Positions 19,359-29,608 of a stretch of 64,000 bases of DNA are shown piece after piece; positions within the stretch are counted from its first letter, which is position 1, and each line of letters begins with the position of its first letter. The stretch lies in NCBI GenBank assembly GCA_965215605.1, contig OZ244070.1, positions 2,656,001-2,720,000 of the forward strand. The letters are read 5' to 3'. The stretch is from an uncultured Candidatus Binatia bacterium. GTDB lineage: Bacteria; Desulfobacterota; Binatia; UBA9968; JAJDTQ01. Both the position numbers and the translations under genes were made by a program. The notes below the pieces were generated by a model. The model saw only the letters and a program-made list of their open reading frames with translations. It was not told where the DNA came from and did not search any database.

Positions 19359-20768
19359 TCAGTCCGCCCCCTCTTCCAGGTGCCGCCCCAATAGCCGCAC
19401 CTGCGCCCCGGCCAGCATCTCCCGGAGCTTTCCGCGGATCGCCCACAGGCATACCAGCGACGGGATCACCATCAGCGTGGTCATGACGAAGAAGGTGGCC
19501 CAGTCGCCTTCCAGCCAGTCCACCAGGGCGCCGGAGGCGCCGGCCAGGAGGGTGCGGCCGGCGGTGCCGATGGAGGCCAGCAGGGCGTACTGGGTGGCGG
19601 TGTAGGTGCGGTCCACCAACATGGAGATGAAGGCCACGAAGGTGACGGTGGCAAACGCGCTGGTGAGGTCGTCCACCACCACGGCGGCGGCGAACAGGGC
19701 TTCGGATTTCCCCACCCAGAACAGCACGGCGAAGAGGAGGTTGGTGGAGGCCATGGCGATGCCGGACAGGAACATGGCGCGTATGAGGCCCATGCGGATG
19801 GCGAAGAATCCGCCCAGCACGGTGAACGCCACCGTGGTGATCCACCCGAGGCCCTTGGAGTAGAGGGCGATCTCGGACTTGGAGAAGCCGATCTCCCGGT
19901 AGAAGAGGATCGACATGCGTCCCATGAAGGCCTCGCCGATCTTGAACAGAAAGATGAAGCCGAGCACGGTGAGGGCGATGGCGAAGCCGTTGCGCCGGAA
20001 GAAGCTCATCAGGGGACTCACGACCGTGCCGCCCAGCCATGCGGCGACGTGACCCGTCCGGCCGGAGGCGCCGATGCTCGAGGCGATCCGGTCCTCCTCC
20101 GCGGCCTGCGAGGCGATGCGCTCCGCGGTGCCCTGCTCGTGCACGAACAGCAGGCCCACGTTGGTCAGGATCACCAAGCCGCCGAGCACCAGGAAGGTAG
20201 CCTGCCAGTAGTCCTCCACGCCGGCGTTCTGGAAGGCGGTGGCCGCCTCCAGCGCGACGATGCCCCCGAGTTTGTAGCCGGTCCACCAGCCCACCACCGC
20301 GACGGCCGCGCCCGCGGCCATGGCTTCCCCTTCCGAAGTGCCGACCTGCTCGATCCGCAACGCATCCACGGCAATGTCCTGGGTGGCCGAGGCCACTGCG
20401 ATGGCGAGGCCGATGCCCACCACCCAGGCCAGGTTGGCGGTGGGGTCGGCGAAGCTCCAGAGCACGAGGGATGCCACGATCACGGCCTGCAGCGTGAGGA
20501 TCCAGGCGCGCCGGTGGCCGAGCCGCTCCGTCAGCCAGGGGATGCGGATGCGGTCGATGAGGGGCGCCCAGAGGAAGTTGACGGCGTAGACGCTGAAGAT
20601 GAGACCGGCAAAGCCGATGGCGGTGCGGCTCAGGCCGTCCTCCTTGAGCCACAGGGTGAGGCTGCTGCCGATGAGCACCCAGGGGAACCCGCTGATGATC
20701 CCCAGCAGCATGATGCGCGCCATGCGCCGTTCCCAGTACACCGCCAGTGAGTCGATCATCTTCTGCAT
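19359..20768 (-). CDS. ampG: AmpG-family muropeptide MFS transporter
   Basis: SGFPW.L, NFLWAPLIDR, GHRRAW, SATQDIAVDALRIE, TATQYALL; start reassigned to ATG 20768. Confidence 0.9.
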   Translation of the reverse strand: MQKMIDSLAVYWERRMARIMLLGIISGFPWVLIGSSLTLWLKEDGLSRTAIGFAGLIFSVYAVNFLWAPLIDRIRIPWLTERLGHRRAWILTLQAVIVASLVLWSFADPTANLAWVVGIGLAIAVASATQDIAVDALRIEQVGTSEGEAMAAGAAVAVVGWWTGYKLGGIVALEAATAFQNAGVEDYWQATFLVLGGLVILTNVGLLFVHEQGTAERIASQAAEEDRIASSIGASGRTGHVAAWLGGTVVSPLMSFFRRNGFAIALTVLGFIFLFKIGEAFMGRMSILFYREIGFSKSEIALYSKGLGWITTVAFTVLGGFFAIRMGLIRAMFLSGIAMASTNLLFAVLFWVGKSEALFAAAVVVDDLTSAFATVTFVAFISMLVDRTYTATQYALLASIGTAGRTLLAGASGALVDWLEGDWATFFVMTTLMVIPSLVCLWAIRGKLREMLAGAQVRLLGRHLEEGAD

Positions 20769-20929
20769 GAGGCTCCTTCGGGGTTGAGGGAGAGTGGTCG
20801 CGCCGTCCCGATACAGTGCCTGGGCCGTACGCTGTTTATACCGGACGCCGGGCGGGAACAGAATCCGGGCCGGGCGGCCGGCCCTGTTCGGCGGCTGGTG
20901 TCCTGTCCCACGGGTTTCTTGTATGACTT

Positions 20930-20952
20930 GTAGGGGCCACCTGCGGTCGCCC
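20930..20952 (+). repeat. GTAG-type REP-like palindrome (second copy at 34311-34333)
   Basis: GTAGGGGCCACCTGCGGTCGCCC versus GTAGGGGCGACCGGCGGTCGCCC. Confidence 0.6.
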
Positions 20953-20977
20953 CGCCCCGCCGCGCGCGGCCGCGCGG

Positions 20978-21007
20978 TTGACACTCCTCCACCTCTTCGG
21001 CTAGTCT
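20978..21007 (+). promoter_or_regulatory. Putative sigma70 promoter of the TRAP operon
   Basis: TTGACA-18 nt-TAGTCT upstream of the AAGGAG RBS. Confidence 0.45.
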
Positions 21008-21051
21008 GCGTCCCGCTCGTGAACATGCGTATCTTGAAAGGAGAACGGACC

Positions 21052-22065
21052 ATGTCCCTATTGCTTAGAGCCTGTTTCCGGAGTCTGGCGGTCGCGTCGG
21101 TAATTGGCGGCCTGCTCGTGGCGGCGGCCGTATCGGTGCAAGCGGTGGAGCTCAAGCTCGCCCACTTCACTTCTCCCAAGCATCCCATGGACCGGCTGGT
21201 GATGCGTCCTTGGGGCGCGGAGGTGGCCAAGCGCAGCAACGGCTCGCTGACGGTGCGGATCTACCCCGGCGGCGAGCTTGGCAAGGGGCCGGTGGCCCAG
21301 TACAAGCGGGCGGCGGACGGCATCGCCGACATCACCTTCGGCCTGCAAGGGTACAGTTCGCCGCTGTTCCCGAGGACGCTGCTGGTGGAGTTGCCGGGCA
21401 TCGCGCCGGACGCGGTGGTGGCCACCAAGATGATGTGGAAGGCCATCGACGCCATCCAGGGCGAGTACGACCGGACCAAGGTCCTGGCGCTGTGGACCAA
21501 TGACAAGGCGGTCATCATGACCCGGAGCAAGGCGGTGCGGACCCTGGACGACGTCAAGGGCATGAAGATCCGCACCCCGTCCAAGCTCCAGGGCGACATC
21601 ATCAAGGCATTGGGGGCCACGCCCGTGGCCATGCCGGTGACGCGCATGTACAACGCCCTCAAGACCGGCGTCGTCGATGGGCTCATGGTCGCGCCGAGCG
21701 TGATCCGGAGCTTCAAGATCGGCGAGGTGGCCAAGTACTACACGGTGGGGCCGTTCGCCAACACGGCGTTCTTCCTGGCCATGAACAAGAAGGCCTATGA
21801 CGGCCTCTCGGCGGAGCACAAGAAGATCATCGACGAGACCTCGGGCGAGGCCTTGAGCGTCAAGGCCGCGGGCATCTACAAGAAGGCCGGCGCCGGCTCC
21901 CTGGCGGGCGAGAAGAAGAGCGGCCGGGGCGAGGTGATCACGCTGTCGGACGCCGAGGACAAGCGTTTCCGCAAGGCCCTGAGCGGGGTCCGGGCCGGGA
22001 CCGTCAAGGCTCTCTCCGCCAAGGGCATCGACGCCGAGAAGATCCTCGCCGCCATGGGCGGGTAG
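21052..22065 (+). CDS. dctP: TRAP transporter substrate-binding protein DctP
   Basis: Signal peptide, IYPGGELG, DVKGMKIRTP, ALGATPV.MP, ALKTGVVDG; start reassigned to ATG 21052. Confidence 0.9.
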   Translation: MSLLLRACFRSLAVASVIGGLLVAAAVSVQAVELKLAHFTSPKHPMDRLVMRPWGAEVAKRSNGSLTVRIYPGGELGKGPVAQYKRAADGIADITFGLQGYSSPLFPRTLLVELPGIAPDAVVATKMMWKAIDAIQGEYDRTKVLALWTNDKAVIMTRSKAVRTLDDVKGMKIRTPSKLQGDIIKALGATPVAMPVTRMYNALKTGVVDGLMVAPSVIRSFKIGEVAKYYTVGPFANTAFFLAMNKKAYDGLSAEHKKIIDETSGEALSVKAAGIYKKAGAGSLAGEKKSGRGEVITLSDAEDKRFRKALSGVRAGTVKALSAKGIDAEKILAAMGG

Positions 22066-22090
22066 GGCGGCTGCCCGACTGCGCGTATCC

Positions 22091-22618
22091 ATGAGCGACG
22101 AATCGCGTGCCGCGTTGCCGGGGACCGCGGTGGCCGCCTGGACCACCCGGTTCCTGGCCTACGCGGCCGGCGCCGCGCTGCTGTGGCTGATGCTGCTGAC
22201 GGTGGTGGCGGTGGTGATGCGCTACGTCTTCAATGCCCCCATCCTGGGCGCGCAGGACATCTCCGAACTCAGTCTGGCGGTGGTGGTGTTCCTGGGGATC
22301 CCCTACTGCGGCTGGACCGGCGGCCACGTGGCCGTGGACCTCATCAGCACGGTGGTAGGGGAGAGCCGGCTGCGCTACACCGACACCCTCATGCGGCTGT
22401 TGGGCGGGGTGTTGTTCGCCGTCGTCGCGTGGCAGGCCATGCGGCAGGGGCTGGACGCGCTGGAGTACGGCGAAGCCAGCAACCTCGTGGAGATCGCCCA
22501 CCATCCCTTCATGTTCCTGATGAGCTTCGGCTGGTTGCTGTTCGCCCTGGTGCTGCTGCTCCAGGCGGCCGCCGGCATCCTCCAGGCTCCTCAAGCATCC
22601 CAAGAGAAGGCTGAATGA
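22091..22618 (+). CDS. dctQ: TRAP transporter small permease DctQ
   Basis: 4 TM helices, VVMRYVFNAPI, GGHVAVD. Confidence 0.88.
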   Translation: MSDESRAALPGTAVAAWTTRFLAYAAGAALLWLMLLTVVAVVMRYVFNAPILGAQDISELSLAVVVFLGIPYCGWTGGHVAVDLISTVVGESRLRYTDTLMRLLGGVLFAVVAWQAMRQGLDALEYGEASNLVEIAHHPFMFLMSFGWLLFALVLLLQAAAGILQAPQASQEKAE

Positions 22619-23919
22619 GTCCCACCGCCGCGGGTCTTCTGGGGTTGGCCGGACTGTTCGTGCTCCTGGCGCTGAGGATGCCCGTGGGCATCGCCATGAT
22701 GCTCATCGGAGTGCTGGGCTTCGGCGTCCTCAACGGCTGGGGCCCGGCCATGGCCGTGCTGGGCAGCGAGCCCTTCGTCATCGCCAGCAACTACGAGCTC
22801 ATCGTCATCCCTCTGTTCGTGCTGATGGGAAACTTCGCCACGGTTTCCGGCATGAGCCGCGATCTGTATGCGGCGGCCTACGCCTGGTTCGGCCACTGGC
22901 GCGGCGGACTGGCCAGCGCCACCATCGCCGCCTGCGCGGGATTCGCGGCGCTCTCGGGCTCTTCGGTGGCCGCGGCCGTGACCATGGGCAAGGTGGCGCT
23001 GCCGGAGATGCGCACCTACCGCTACGATCCGCGGCTGGCTACCGGCGCCATCGCCGCCGGCGGCACCCTGGGCATCCTGATCCCGCCCAGCACGGGCTTC
23101 GTGATCTATGCCATCCTCACCGAGGAGTCCATCGGCCGCCTGTTCCTGGCCGGGGTCTTTCCCGGGCTGTTGCTGACCGCGCTGTTCATCCTGTCGATCT
23201 TCATCCAGACCCGCATCAAACCGGACCTGGGACCGCCCGGACCGGCTTCCACCGTCATGGACCGCATCCGCGCCTTCCGCCAGGCCAGCGCCATGATCGG
23301 CGTGGTGACGGTGACCATCGGCGGCATCTACGCGGGCCTGTTCACCCCCACCGAGGCCGCCGGCGTGGGCGCTTTCCTGGCCGCCCTGCTGGCGTTGGTG
23401 CGGGGCCGCCTGACCGCGTCGTCGCTGTCGTCCATGGTGCTGGAGAGCGTCCGCACCACCGCCCTGGTCTTCCTCATCCTGGTGGGCGCCCACATCTTCA
23501 ATCCGTTCCTGGCGCTGACCCACATCCCCTCGGACCTGGCCGAGCTGCTGGTGGGCATGGAGCTGCCGCGGCTGGCGGTGCTCGGCATCCTGCTGGCTGC
23601 CTACATCGTGTTGGGGATGTTCCTAGAGGGCTTCGCCATGCTGGTGCTGACCCTCCCCATCGTGCACCCCATCATCCTCACCCTGGGCTACGACCCCATC
23701 TGGTTCGGCGTGGTCATGGTCATCGTGCTGGAGATGGGCCTCATCAGCCCGCCGGTGGGCGTCAACGTCTTCGTGGTCAAGGGCATCGCCGAGGATGTGC
23801 CCATGAGCAAGATCTTCGCCGGCATCTTCCCGTTCTGGATCGCCATGGCCGTCTGCCTGGCCATCCTGGTGGCGTTCCCGGACATCGCGCTGTTTCTGCC
23901 GAATACGATGATTCGGTGA
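22615..23919 (+). CDS. dctM: TRAP transporter large permease DctM
   Basis: IPLFVLMG, SGSSVA, GGTLGILIPPS, FTPTEAA, DPIWFG, SPPVG. Confidence 0.93.
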   Translation: MSPTAAGLLGLAGLFVLLALRMPVGIAMMLIGVLGFGVLNGWGPAMAVLGSEPFVIASNYELIVIPLFVLMGNFATVSGMSRDLYAAAYAWFGHWRGGLASATIAACAGFAALSGSSVAAAVTMGKVALPEMRTYRYDPRLATGAIAAGGTLGILIPPSTGFVIYAILTEESIGRLFLAGVFPGLLLTALFILSIFIQTRIKPDLGPPGPASTVMDRIRAFRQASAMIGVVTVTIGGIYAGLFTPTEAAGVGAFLAALLALVRGRLTASSLSSMVLESVRTTALVFLILVGAHIFNPFLALTHIPSDLAELLVGMELPRLAVLGILLAAYIVLGMFLEGFAMLVLTLPIVHPIILTLGYDPIWFGVVMVIVLEMGLISPPVGVNVFVVKGIAEDVPMSKIFAGIFPFWIAMAVCLAILVAFPDIALFLPNTMIR

Positions 23920-24001
23920 GGAGGGTTGTTTCGGCCGGTCTCTCTGCTCGGAACGGCAATGCCGCAGTTTCCGTCCAACAGGCTTGTGAGGGCCGCATGA
24001 T

Positions 24002-25123
24002 ATGGCCGAACGCATCTATGTGATGAACGACAGCGGGGAACTCCAGCCCCTGACCGAGGAACCGTTCCGCACCGAGGACCTGCTTCAACAACTGCTGGCG
24101 AAGAACCCTGAGTTGCTGGACGGCGAACAAATGCGACCCGACGACCCGCGTCGCTGGATTCTCATCACCCGCGAGAAGAGCATCGCTGACACAGTCGATG
24201 CCGGGGCGCGCTGGTCGGTGGATCATCTCCTGGTCGATCAAGACGCCGTACCCACCCTGGTGGAAGTGAAGCGGGGGACAAGCTCGGAGATCCGCCGTAC
24301 CATAGTGGGCCAGTTGCTGGAATACGCGGCCCACGCCTCACAGACGTGGAAGGCGGACGAACTTCGGCGGGCCTTCGAAGCCGGTGACAATGCTGAAAGC
24401 CGGTTGGCGGAGTTGCTGCAATTCGCGGGGGGTGACTGGGTTGATGTCGAGGCGTTCTGGGAACGGGTGGCGACCAACCTTGCCGCGCGGCGGCTCCGGT
24501 TGTTGTTCGTTGCCGACTGGATTCCCGACGAATTGGCTCGGGTGGTGGAGTTTCTGAACGAGCAGATGCCGGACGTTGAGGTGCTGGCGGTGGAGATCAA
24601 ACAGTTCCGGGGTACGTCGCATACCACACTGGTGCCGCAGGTCATTGGACGCACCGTTGCGAAGCTGGGCGTTCGGCCGCGCGGTAGCAGGCTACGTACA
24701 CTCGACGAATTCTATGACCGTTTTGTAGACAGCTCCGTCGCCCGGCGTCTCATAACCGCCGCTGAGAATGCCGGTGCCGAAATCTACTTGGGGGTACAAG
24801 GTGTCTCCGTTCGCATAGCCTGTTCGTTCCAAACGTCCCCGGTCAGCGTGGCCTGGTTTTACCCCTCAGCGCATACTTCGTGGGCGGGCACTAAAGGTTT
24901 CACTTTCGGCACCACCAACTGGGTCAACTTTCCCCCAGAAGCCCGATCTGTTGTTGGTGAAATGCACGGTTGGTTTGAGTCACAAACCTTTACCGAGAAG
25001 GTAGGCGGCACATCGCGAAACGCGATAACGGGATGGGCCATTGACCCGGCGGTCGCCGCGCAGCATGTTGATGCGCTGGCGGAGAGGCTTGCGACCACGA
25101 TTTCCGGGTTACGACAGTGTTAG
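24002..25123 (+). CDS. Putative PD-(D/E)XK nuclease (NucS-like N-terminal domain) with variable C-terminal domain
   Basis: E..LQ.LL..NP.LL, VDHLLVDQDAVPTLVEVKR and GQLLEYAA fit a D...ExK / QxxxY nuclease core. Confidence 0.65.
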   Translation: MAERIYVMNDSGELQPLTEEPFRTEDLLQQLLAKNPELLDGEQMRPDDPRRWILITREKSIADTVDAGARWSVDHLLVDQDAVPTLVEVKRGTSSEIRRTIVGQLLEYAAHASQTWKADELRRAFEAGDNAESRLAELLQFAGGDWVDVEAFWERVATNLAARRLRLLFVADWIPDELARVVEFLNEQMPDVEVLAVEIKQFRGTSHTTLVPQVIGRTVAKLGVRPRGSRLRTLDEFYDRFVDSSVARRLITAAENAGAEIYLGVQGVSVRIACSFQTSPVSVAWFYPSAHTSWAGTKGFTFGTTNWVNFPPEARSVVGEMHGWFESQTFTEKVGGTSRNAITGWAIDPAVAAQHVDALAERLATTISGLRQC

Positions 25124-25152
25124 CTCCCGGTGCGGGCTCCTTCGATCATGTC

Positions 25153-25211
25153 GTCATTCCGGGCCCGACTCCGGGTCTCCCGCCCCGTCATCCCGGGCTC
25201 GACCCCGGATC
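25153..25211 (+). repeat. Tandem pair of degenerate GTCA-type REP-like hairpins
   Basis: GTCATTCCGGGCCCGACTCCGGGTCT and GTCATCCCGGGCTCGACCCCGGATC between convergent genes. Confidence 0.6.
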
Positions 25212-25252
25212 GGGAAGCGGGGTGTGTGGCGGATGCGTCTGACCCGCGCGAA

Positions 25253-25621
25253 CTATCTCACAATGCCTTCCGGCGGGATGGGGCCGTCATTCCCAGGGGG
25301 AGCGAGATGCACCGCCAGGGCGCCGTCGGGTGTCCTGGCCTCCACGTTCGTCACCTGTACGTATCCGGAATCGGTCAGTCGTTTCACCCGAAGCTCGTTT
25401 CCTTTCACGCCCATCACAATGGAAATGAGCAGCTCGACGACAAGCCAGGCCTCGGGGATCGAGCTCGCCAGGATCCCGAACAGGAATACGATCACGCCGA
25501 TCAGCCAAAGCTTCTTTACGAACGCCCAGATCCAGGTGAAGAAGAAGGCAGGCCAACTCCAGCCGTTCTTGACGACTTCATGGCCCAGGGTCGGGTGTTG
25601 GAGGATGGAAAACTGCTTCAT
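25253..25621 (-). CDS. DUF2628-like membrane protein
   Basis: VKNGWSWPAFFFTWIWAFVKKLW, G.KGNELR...L...GY. Confidence 0.75.
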   Translation of the reverse strand: MKQFSILQHPTLGHEVVKNGWSWPAFFFTWIWAFVKKLWLIGVIVFLFGILASSIPEAWLVVELLISIVMGVKGNELRVKRLTDSGYVQVTNVEARTPDGALAVHLAPPGNDGPIPPEGIVR

Positions 25622-25637
25622 TCAAGGACCTCCAGGT

Positions 25638-25998
25638 TCAGTTTGCGGTGAGCGCCTCGATGCCCAGGTCTCGCGCCGCGGCAAGAAGCGCGCGGTCCAG
25701 GGTTGCAAGCGGCAGTTGCAACCGCACGGCCAGCTCCAGGTACATCGCATCGTATACGGAGATCTGGTGTGTCTCCGCGAGCTGCAGCGACGTACCCCAT
25801 ACCCGGGACGTGGTGACCGGGTCGATTTCAATCGGTAATGCTTCGAGGTTAGCTCGGATTTCCGACCACTCGTCAACACGAACACGCCCCCGGCGAGTGG
25901 CAACCAGCAGCACGTTGCCCACTTCCACCGGCCAGAGAGAGGGGACGAAGGCCTTGCTTTCCACAAGCGCCTCGCGCAACCGGTCGGTGGCTTCCGGT
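25638..25998 (-). pseudogene. VapC (PIN) toxin lacking its N-terminal ~20 aa and cognate antitoxin
   Basis: VP.LW..EV.N.L, SVYDAMYLELA and LATLD are present; the first catalytic (V/L)D.S strand is absent. Confidence 0.75.
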
Positions 25999-26081
25999 TC
26001 CCCGGATTGGGCCCTAAATCGAGTTTGCCCCGGTTACCCGCTTTCGTTATGGTGTGTAGATCAATGTGTGGAGGATGACAC

Positions 26082-26282
26082 ATGGCGACAAACTTGGCAA
26101 TAGACCCGGAACTGCTGAACAAGGCACTGGAAGTCGGGGGCGAGGGAACGAAGAAGGCCACCGTCAACAGGGCCTTGCGCGAGTTCATTGCACGGCGAGA
26201 GCAGGAACGGCTTTTGGAGCTGTTCGGCAAATTCGACTGGGACAACGATTACGACTACAAGCGTGAACGGACCCGCGGGTGA
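26082..26282 (+). CDS. vapB: Type II TA VapB antitoxin
   Basis: MATNLAIDPELL..AL..GG..TKKATVN.AL.EFI; GGAGG RBS; GTGA overlap with vapC. Confidence 0.88.
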   Translation: MATNLAIDPELLNKALEVGGEGTKKATVNRALREFIARREQERLLELFGKFDWDNDYDYKRERTRG

Positions 26283-26686
26283 CGCTGTTCGTAGACACCA
26301 GCGTCTGGTCGCTCGCCTTGCGCCGGGATTCGACACCCGAAGGACCTGAAGTGCAACGCTTGCGTGATGCACTTGGCAGCGGCGAGGCGGTCGATACGAC
26401 AGGGATCGTGCTGCAGGAACTGTTACAGGGCTACCGGGGACCCAAAGCCCGGGCGAGGATCGTGGAGCGTTTCGCGGCGCTCCCCATGATCCTCCCCGTG
26501 CGCGACGACCACATCGCCGCAGCCGAACTGCGCAATGAGTGCCGCCGCCACGGCGTTCATGCGGGCACCGTCGACGCGCTGCTCGCCACGCTATGCATCC
26601 GGCACGATCTTGTGATGCTTTCGACGGACCATGATTTCAGCCACATCGCAAATTGGACGCCGCTTCAACTCTGGCGCGGCCCATGA
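26279..26686 (+). CDS. vapC: Type II TA VapC (PIN) toxin
   Basis: LFVDTSVWS, VLQELLQG, TVDALLA, STDHDF. Confidence 0.9.
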   Translation: MTLFVDTSVWSLALRRDSTPEGPEVQRLRDALGSGEAVDTTGIVLQELLQGYRGPKARARIVERFAALPMILPVRDDHIAAAELRNECRRHGVHAGTVDALLATLCIRHDLVMLSTDHDFSHIANWTPLQLWRGP

Positions 26687-26711
26687 CCCGCAAATCTTCG
26701 GTTCATCCCCG

Positions 26712-27593
26712 CTACGGTGCAGAGCCGGTTCGAAGGTCCCGCAGGAAGGTGTCCAGCGCCGCGACGCACTCGGGCTCGGTGAGGGTCGGAGCGTGGCCCG
26801 TCCCAGGTACGGTGACCAGGTGGGCTTCGGGATACTCTCGGCCCATGCGCGCGAAGCATTCCTCGGAAAGCACGTCCGAGGCCTTGCCCCGGAAGGCGAG
26901 CAGCGGGATCGGGCGCAGTCCCCGGAAAACGGTCCAGAGGTCGGCGGCGGCGCCCCGAGTTCCGAGGATCGGCTTGACGATATTCACATCCCAATCGAAG
27001 TGGAGTCGTCCGTCCTCGCCCTCGCGATAGGTATTGCGGACCATCTCCTCGAACATCGCCTCGGTCTGAAATGCGGTAGCGGGCATCTGCGTCTTGATGG
27101 CCTCCGCCGCGCTCGCCCAGTCCGGCTGCGGGTGGTCGACGCCGATGTAGTCAAGGACGCCGTTCAACGTTGCCTGTTCGATCTCCGGGCCCACGTCGTT
27201 GAGCACTATGCCGGCGAGGGTCAACGGCATGAACGCCCCGAGCGCCATCGCCAGCAAGCCGCCGAACGAAGTTCCGACCACGACGACCCGATGGACATGG
27301 GTGAAGGTCAGCAACTGGGCGATGTCGTGGAGGTAGGTTCCAGGGTGGTAGTTGCGCCATTCCGGGTCGTAGTCCGAACATCCCCGGCCGCGCAGGTCGG
27401 GGCACAGCACCCGCCGCTCTCCCGCAAGCCTGCGCGCGAGGCCGTCAAAATCCCGGGCGTTGCGGAAAAGCCCGCCCAGGCAGAGCACCGGCGTTGCCGC
27501 CGAGGCGGGGTCGCCGTAGTCGCGATAGTAGAGGCCGAGGCCGTCCGGGGCGGTAAACCGGTGCTCGCGATACGCCATCGCGGCTGCCGTCAC
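26712..27593 (-). CDS. Alpha/beta fold hydrolase
   Basis: DLRGRG.SD, GTSFGG nucleophile elbow, LNDVGP, GHAP. Confidence 0.88.
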   Translation of the reverse strand: MTAAAMAYREHRFTAPDGLGLYYRDYGDPASAATPVLCLGGLFRNARDFDGLARRLAGERRVLCPDLRGRGCSDYDPEWRNYHPGTYLHDIAQLLTFTHVHRVVVVGTSFGGLLAMALGAFMPLTLAGIVLNDVGPEIEQATLNGVLDYIGVDHPQPDWASAAEAIKTQMPATAFQTEAMFEEMVRNTYREGEDGRLHFDWDVNIVKPILGTRGAAADLWTVFRGLRPIPLLAFRGKASDVLSEECFARMGREYPEAHLVTVPGTGHAPTLTEPECVAALDTFLRDLRTGSAP

Positions 27594-28648
27594 ACGTTGA
27601 ACCTGATGTGCATGACGTCTCCGTCCTGCACCCGGTACTCCTTGCCTTCGAGGCGCAGCTTGCCGGCGGAGCGGCAGCCGGACTCGCCGCTGTGCTCGAT
27701 GTAGTCGCCGTAGGAGATGACCTCGGCGCGGATGAAGCCGCGTTCGATGTCGGAGTGGATCTGGCCGGCGGCGTGGACCGCGGCGGTGTCCCGGGTGATG
27801 GTCCAGGCGCGCACCTCCATGGGGCCGGCGGTGAAGAAGCTCATGAGGCGGAGGTGGTCGTAGGCGTGGCGGATGAAGCGGTCCCGGGCGGTCTCGGAGA
27901 GCCCCAGCTCCGACAGGAACTCGGCCCGCTCGTCGGCGTCGAGCTGGGCGACTTCCATCTCGAGCTTGCCGCAGACCGGCACCACGGTCAGGTTCTCGGC
28001 CCGCGCGTATTCCGCGACGTCGTCGGGCAGGGGCTCTTGCAGCGCCGCCTCTTCGGAATTGTAGACCACCAGCAAGGGCTTCTCGCTGAGGAAGGCGAAC
28101 CCCGACAGCAGGGTCCGTTCCTCGGGCAGGAACTCCAGGCCGCGGAGCGGGCGTTCCTCCTCCAACGTGCTTTGGCAGCGCGTCAGAAGAGCCGTTTCCA
28201 TCTCCCGCTCCCGGGCCTTCACGGCTTCCTTCCGGATTCGCTCCAGACGCTTCTCGATGACGGCGAGGTCGGCCAGTATCAACTCGGCCTGAAAGGCGTT
28301 GAGGTCACGCACCGGCGCCGGAGGCTCGTCGGCCAGCGGGTCGTCGAAGCCCCGGACCACCTGGACCATGGCGTCCACCTCGCGCAGTTGCACCACGGAC
28401 TGGTTTTCCAGCGCCGCCTTCCGCTCCTGGGAGGGCGGGAAGTCCAGGAAGGTCACCTCCGCGTACTTCTTTTCCTTGGGATGGACGATCTCGCTCAGCG
28501 CGTCCACGCGAGGGTCCGGAACCTTGACCACGGCCATGGCCGCCTCGTGGCGGGTCTCGAAACCGCCCACCGCGGCGCTGAGGCCCGTGAGGGCGTTGTA
28601 AAGGGTGGTCTTGCCCGCCCGTGAGAATCCTGTGAGTCCGACTTTCAT
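27590..28648 (-). CDS. ychF: YchF/Ola1-family ATPase (divergent)
   Basis: GKTTLYNALT, VPDPRVD.L, FFTAGPMEVRAWT, AGQIHSDIERGFIRAEV, LEGKEY.VQDGD; ATG at 28648. Confidence 0.88.
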   Translation of the reverse strand: MKVGLTGFSRAGKTTLYNALTGLSAAVGGFETRHEAAMAVVKVPDPRVDALSEIVHPKEKKYAEVTFLDFPPSQERKAALENQSVVQLREVDAMVQVVRGFDDPLADEPPAPVRDLNAFQAELILADLAVIEKRLERIRKEAVKAREREMETALLTRCQSTLEEERPLRGLEFLPEERTLLSGFAFLSEKPLLVVYNSEEAALQEPLPDDVAEYARAENLTVVPVCGKLEMEVAQLDADERAEFLSELGLSETARDRFIRHAYDHLRLMSFFTAGPMEVRAWTITRDTAAVHAAGQIHSDIERGFIRAEVISYGDYIEHSGESGCRSAGKLRLEGKEYRVQDGDVMHIRFNV

Positions 28649-28702
28649 GGACTCCAATTTAGCAGCGGTCGGAATTATTCATAGCGGCGGCCAGGCTGCG
28701 CC

Positions 28703-29608
28703 TCATTCGGGTAGGGGAGAAAGCGCCGAGGTCAGGTCGGCCGAGGGCAGTGCCCTTATGCCGGGTGCCATCCGGTAGGTCTGGCTACCGGCGTGGACGA
28801 CGTCCAGGCGGTCCAGGCCCAGCGTCTCGAAAGCCACGCGCATGGACGCCGTCAGCCGGGGTGCCTCGGCGCGTTTGACCTCGAAGCCGTACCGCTGGTT
28901 GCCGGCCGATATCAACAGATCCAGTTTCGCCCCGGAGTGGGTGGACCAGTGGTAGCATTGCTCGGGGCGGGCGCCCAACAGGTGAGTGACCTGTTGCACC
29001 ACGAACCCTTCCCAAGACGCGCCGACGATGGGATGCGAGACCACCTCCTCGCGGGTGGTGAGGCCCAGCAGCGCATGAAGCAGGCCCGAGTCCGCGATAA
29101 AGACCTTGGGAGAACGTACCTGCCGTTTGGCGATGTTCTCGTGCCAGGGCTGTAACTGCCGTACCATGAATACGGACGTCATAAGGTCCAGGTACCGCCG
29201 GACCGTGGTGTGGGCCACGCCGAAGGCCCGGCCCAACTCGGCGCCGCTCCACAACCGGCCGTGCCAGTGCGCCAACATCGTCCAGAAGCGGTGCAGCGTC
29301 GTCGAGGAGACTAGACTGCCGAGTTCCGGGACGTCCCGGGTCAGGAAGGTCCGTATGAAGCCGTCGCGCCAACGGCGGCTCGCGGGTGCCGACGGTGCGA
29401 GACAGGAACGCGGGAAGCCTCCGCGCAACCAGAGTCGCTCCAGATCGTCCACCTCGTTCAGTCCGAAGCCGTCAAGCTCATGAAACGCCACGCGCCCGGC
29501 GAGGGTCTCCGAGGACTGTCGGAGCAGTTCGGGCGAAGCGCTCCCCAGCACCAGGAAACGTGCCGGCGTTCGGGGCCGGTCGGCGAGCGATGGATGCTCA
29601 TATTTCAA
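28703..29608 (-). pseudogene. AAA+ ATPase/DUF4143 family protein, N-terminally truncated
   Basis: RFLVLGSASP.L...SETLAGR, LWLRGGFP, KRQVRSPK...DSGL and GASWEG are present; Walker A and Walker B are missing. Confidence 0.75.

Noticed and set aside
25153-25211. Tandem repeats as a CRISPR remnant
   Set aside because: Only two degenerate units with an ~8-nt gap and no cas genes
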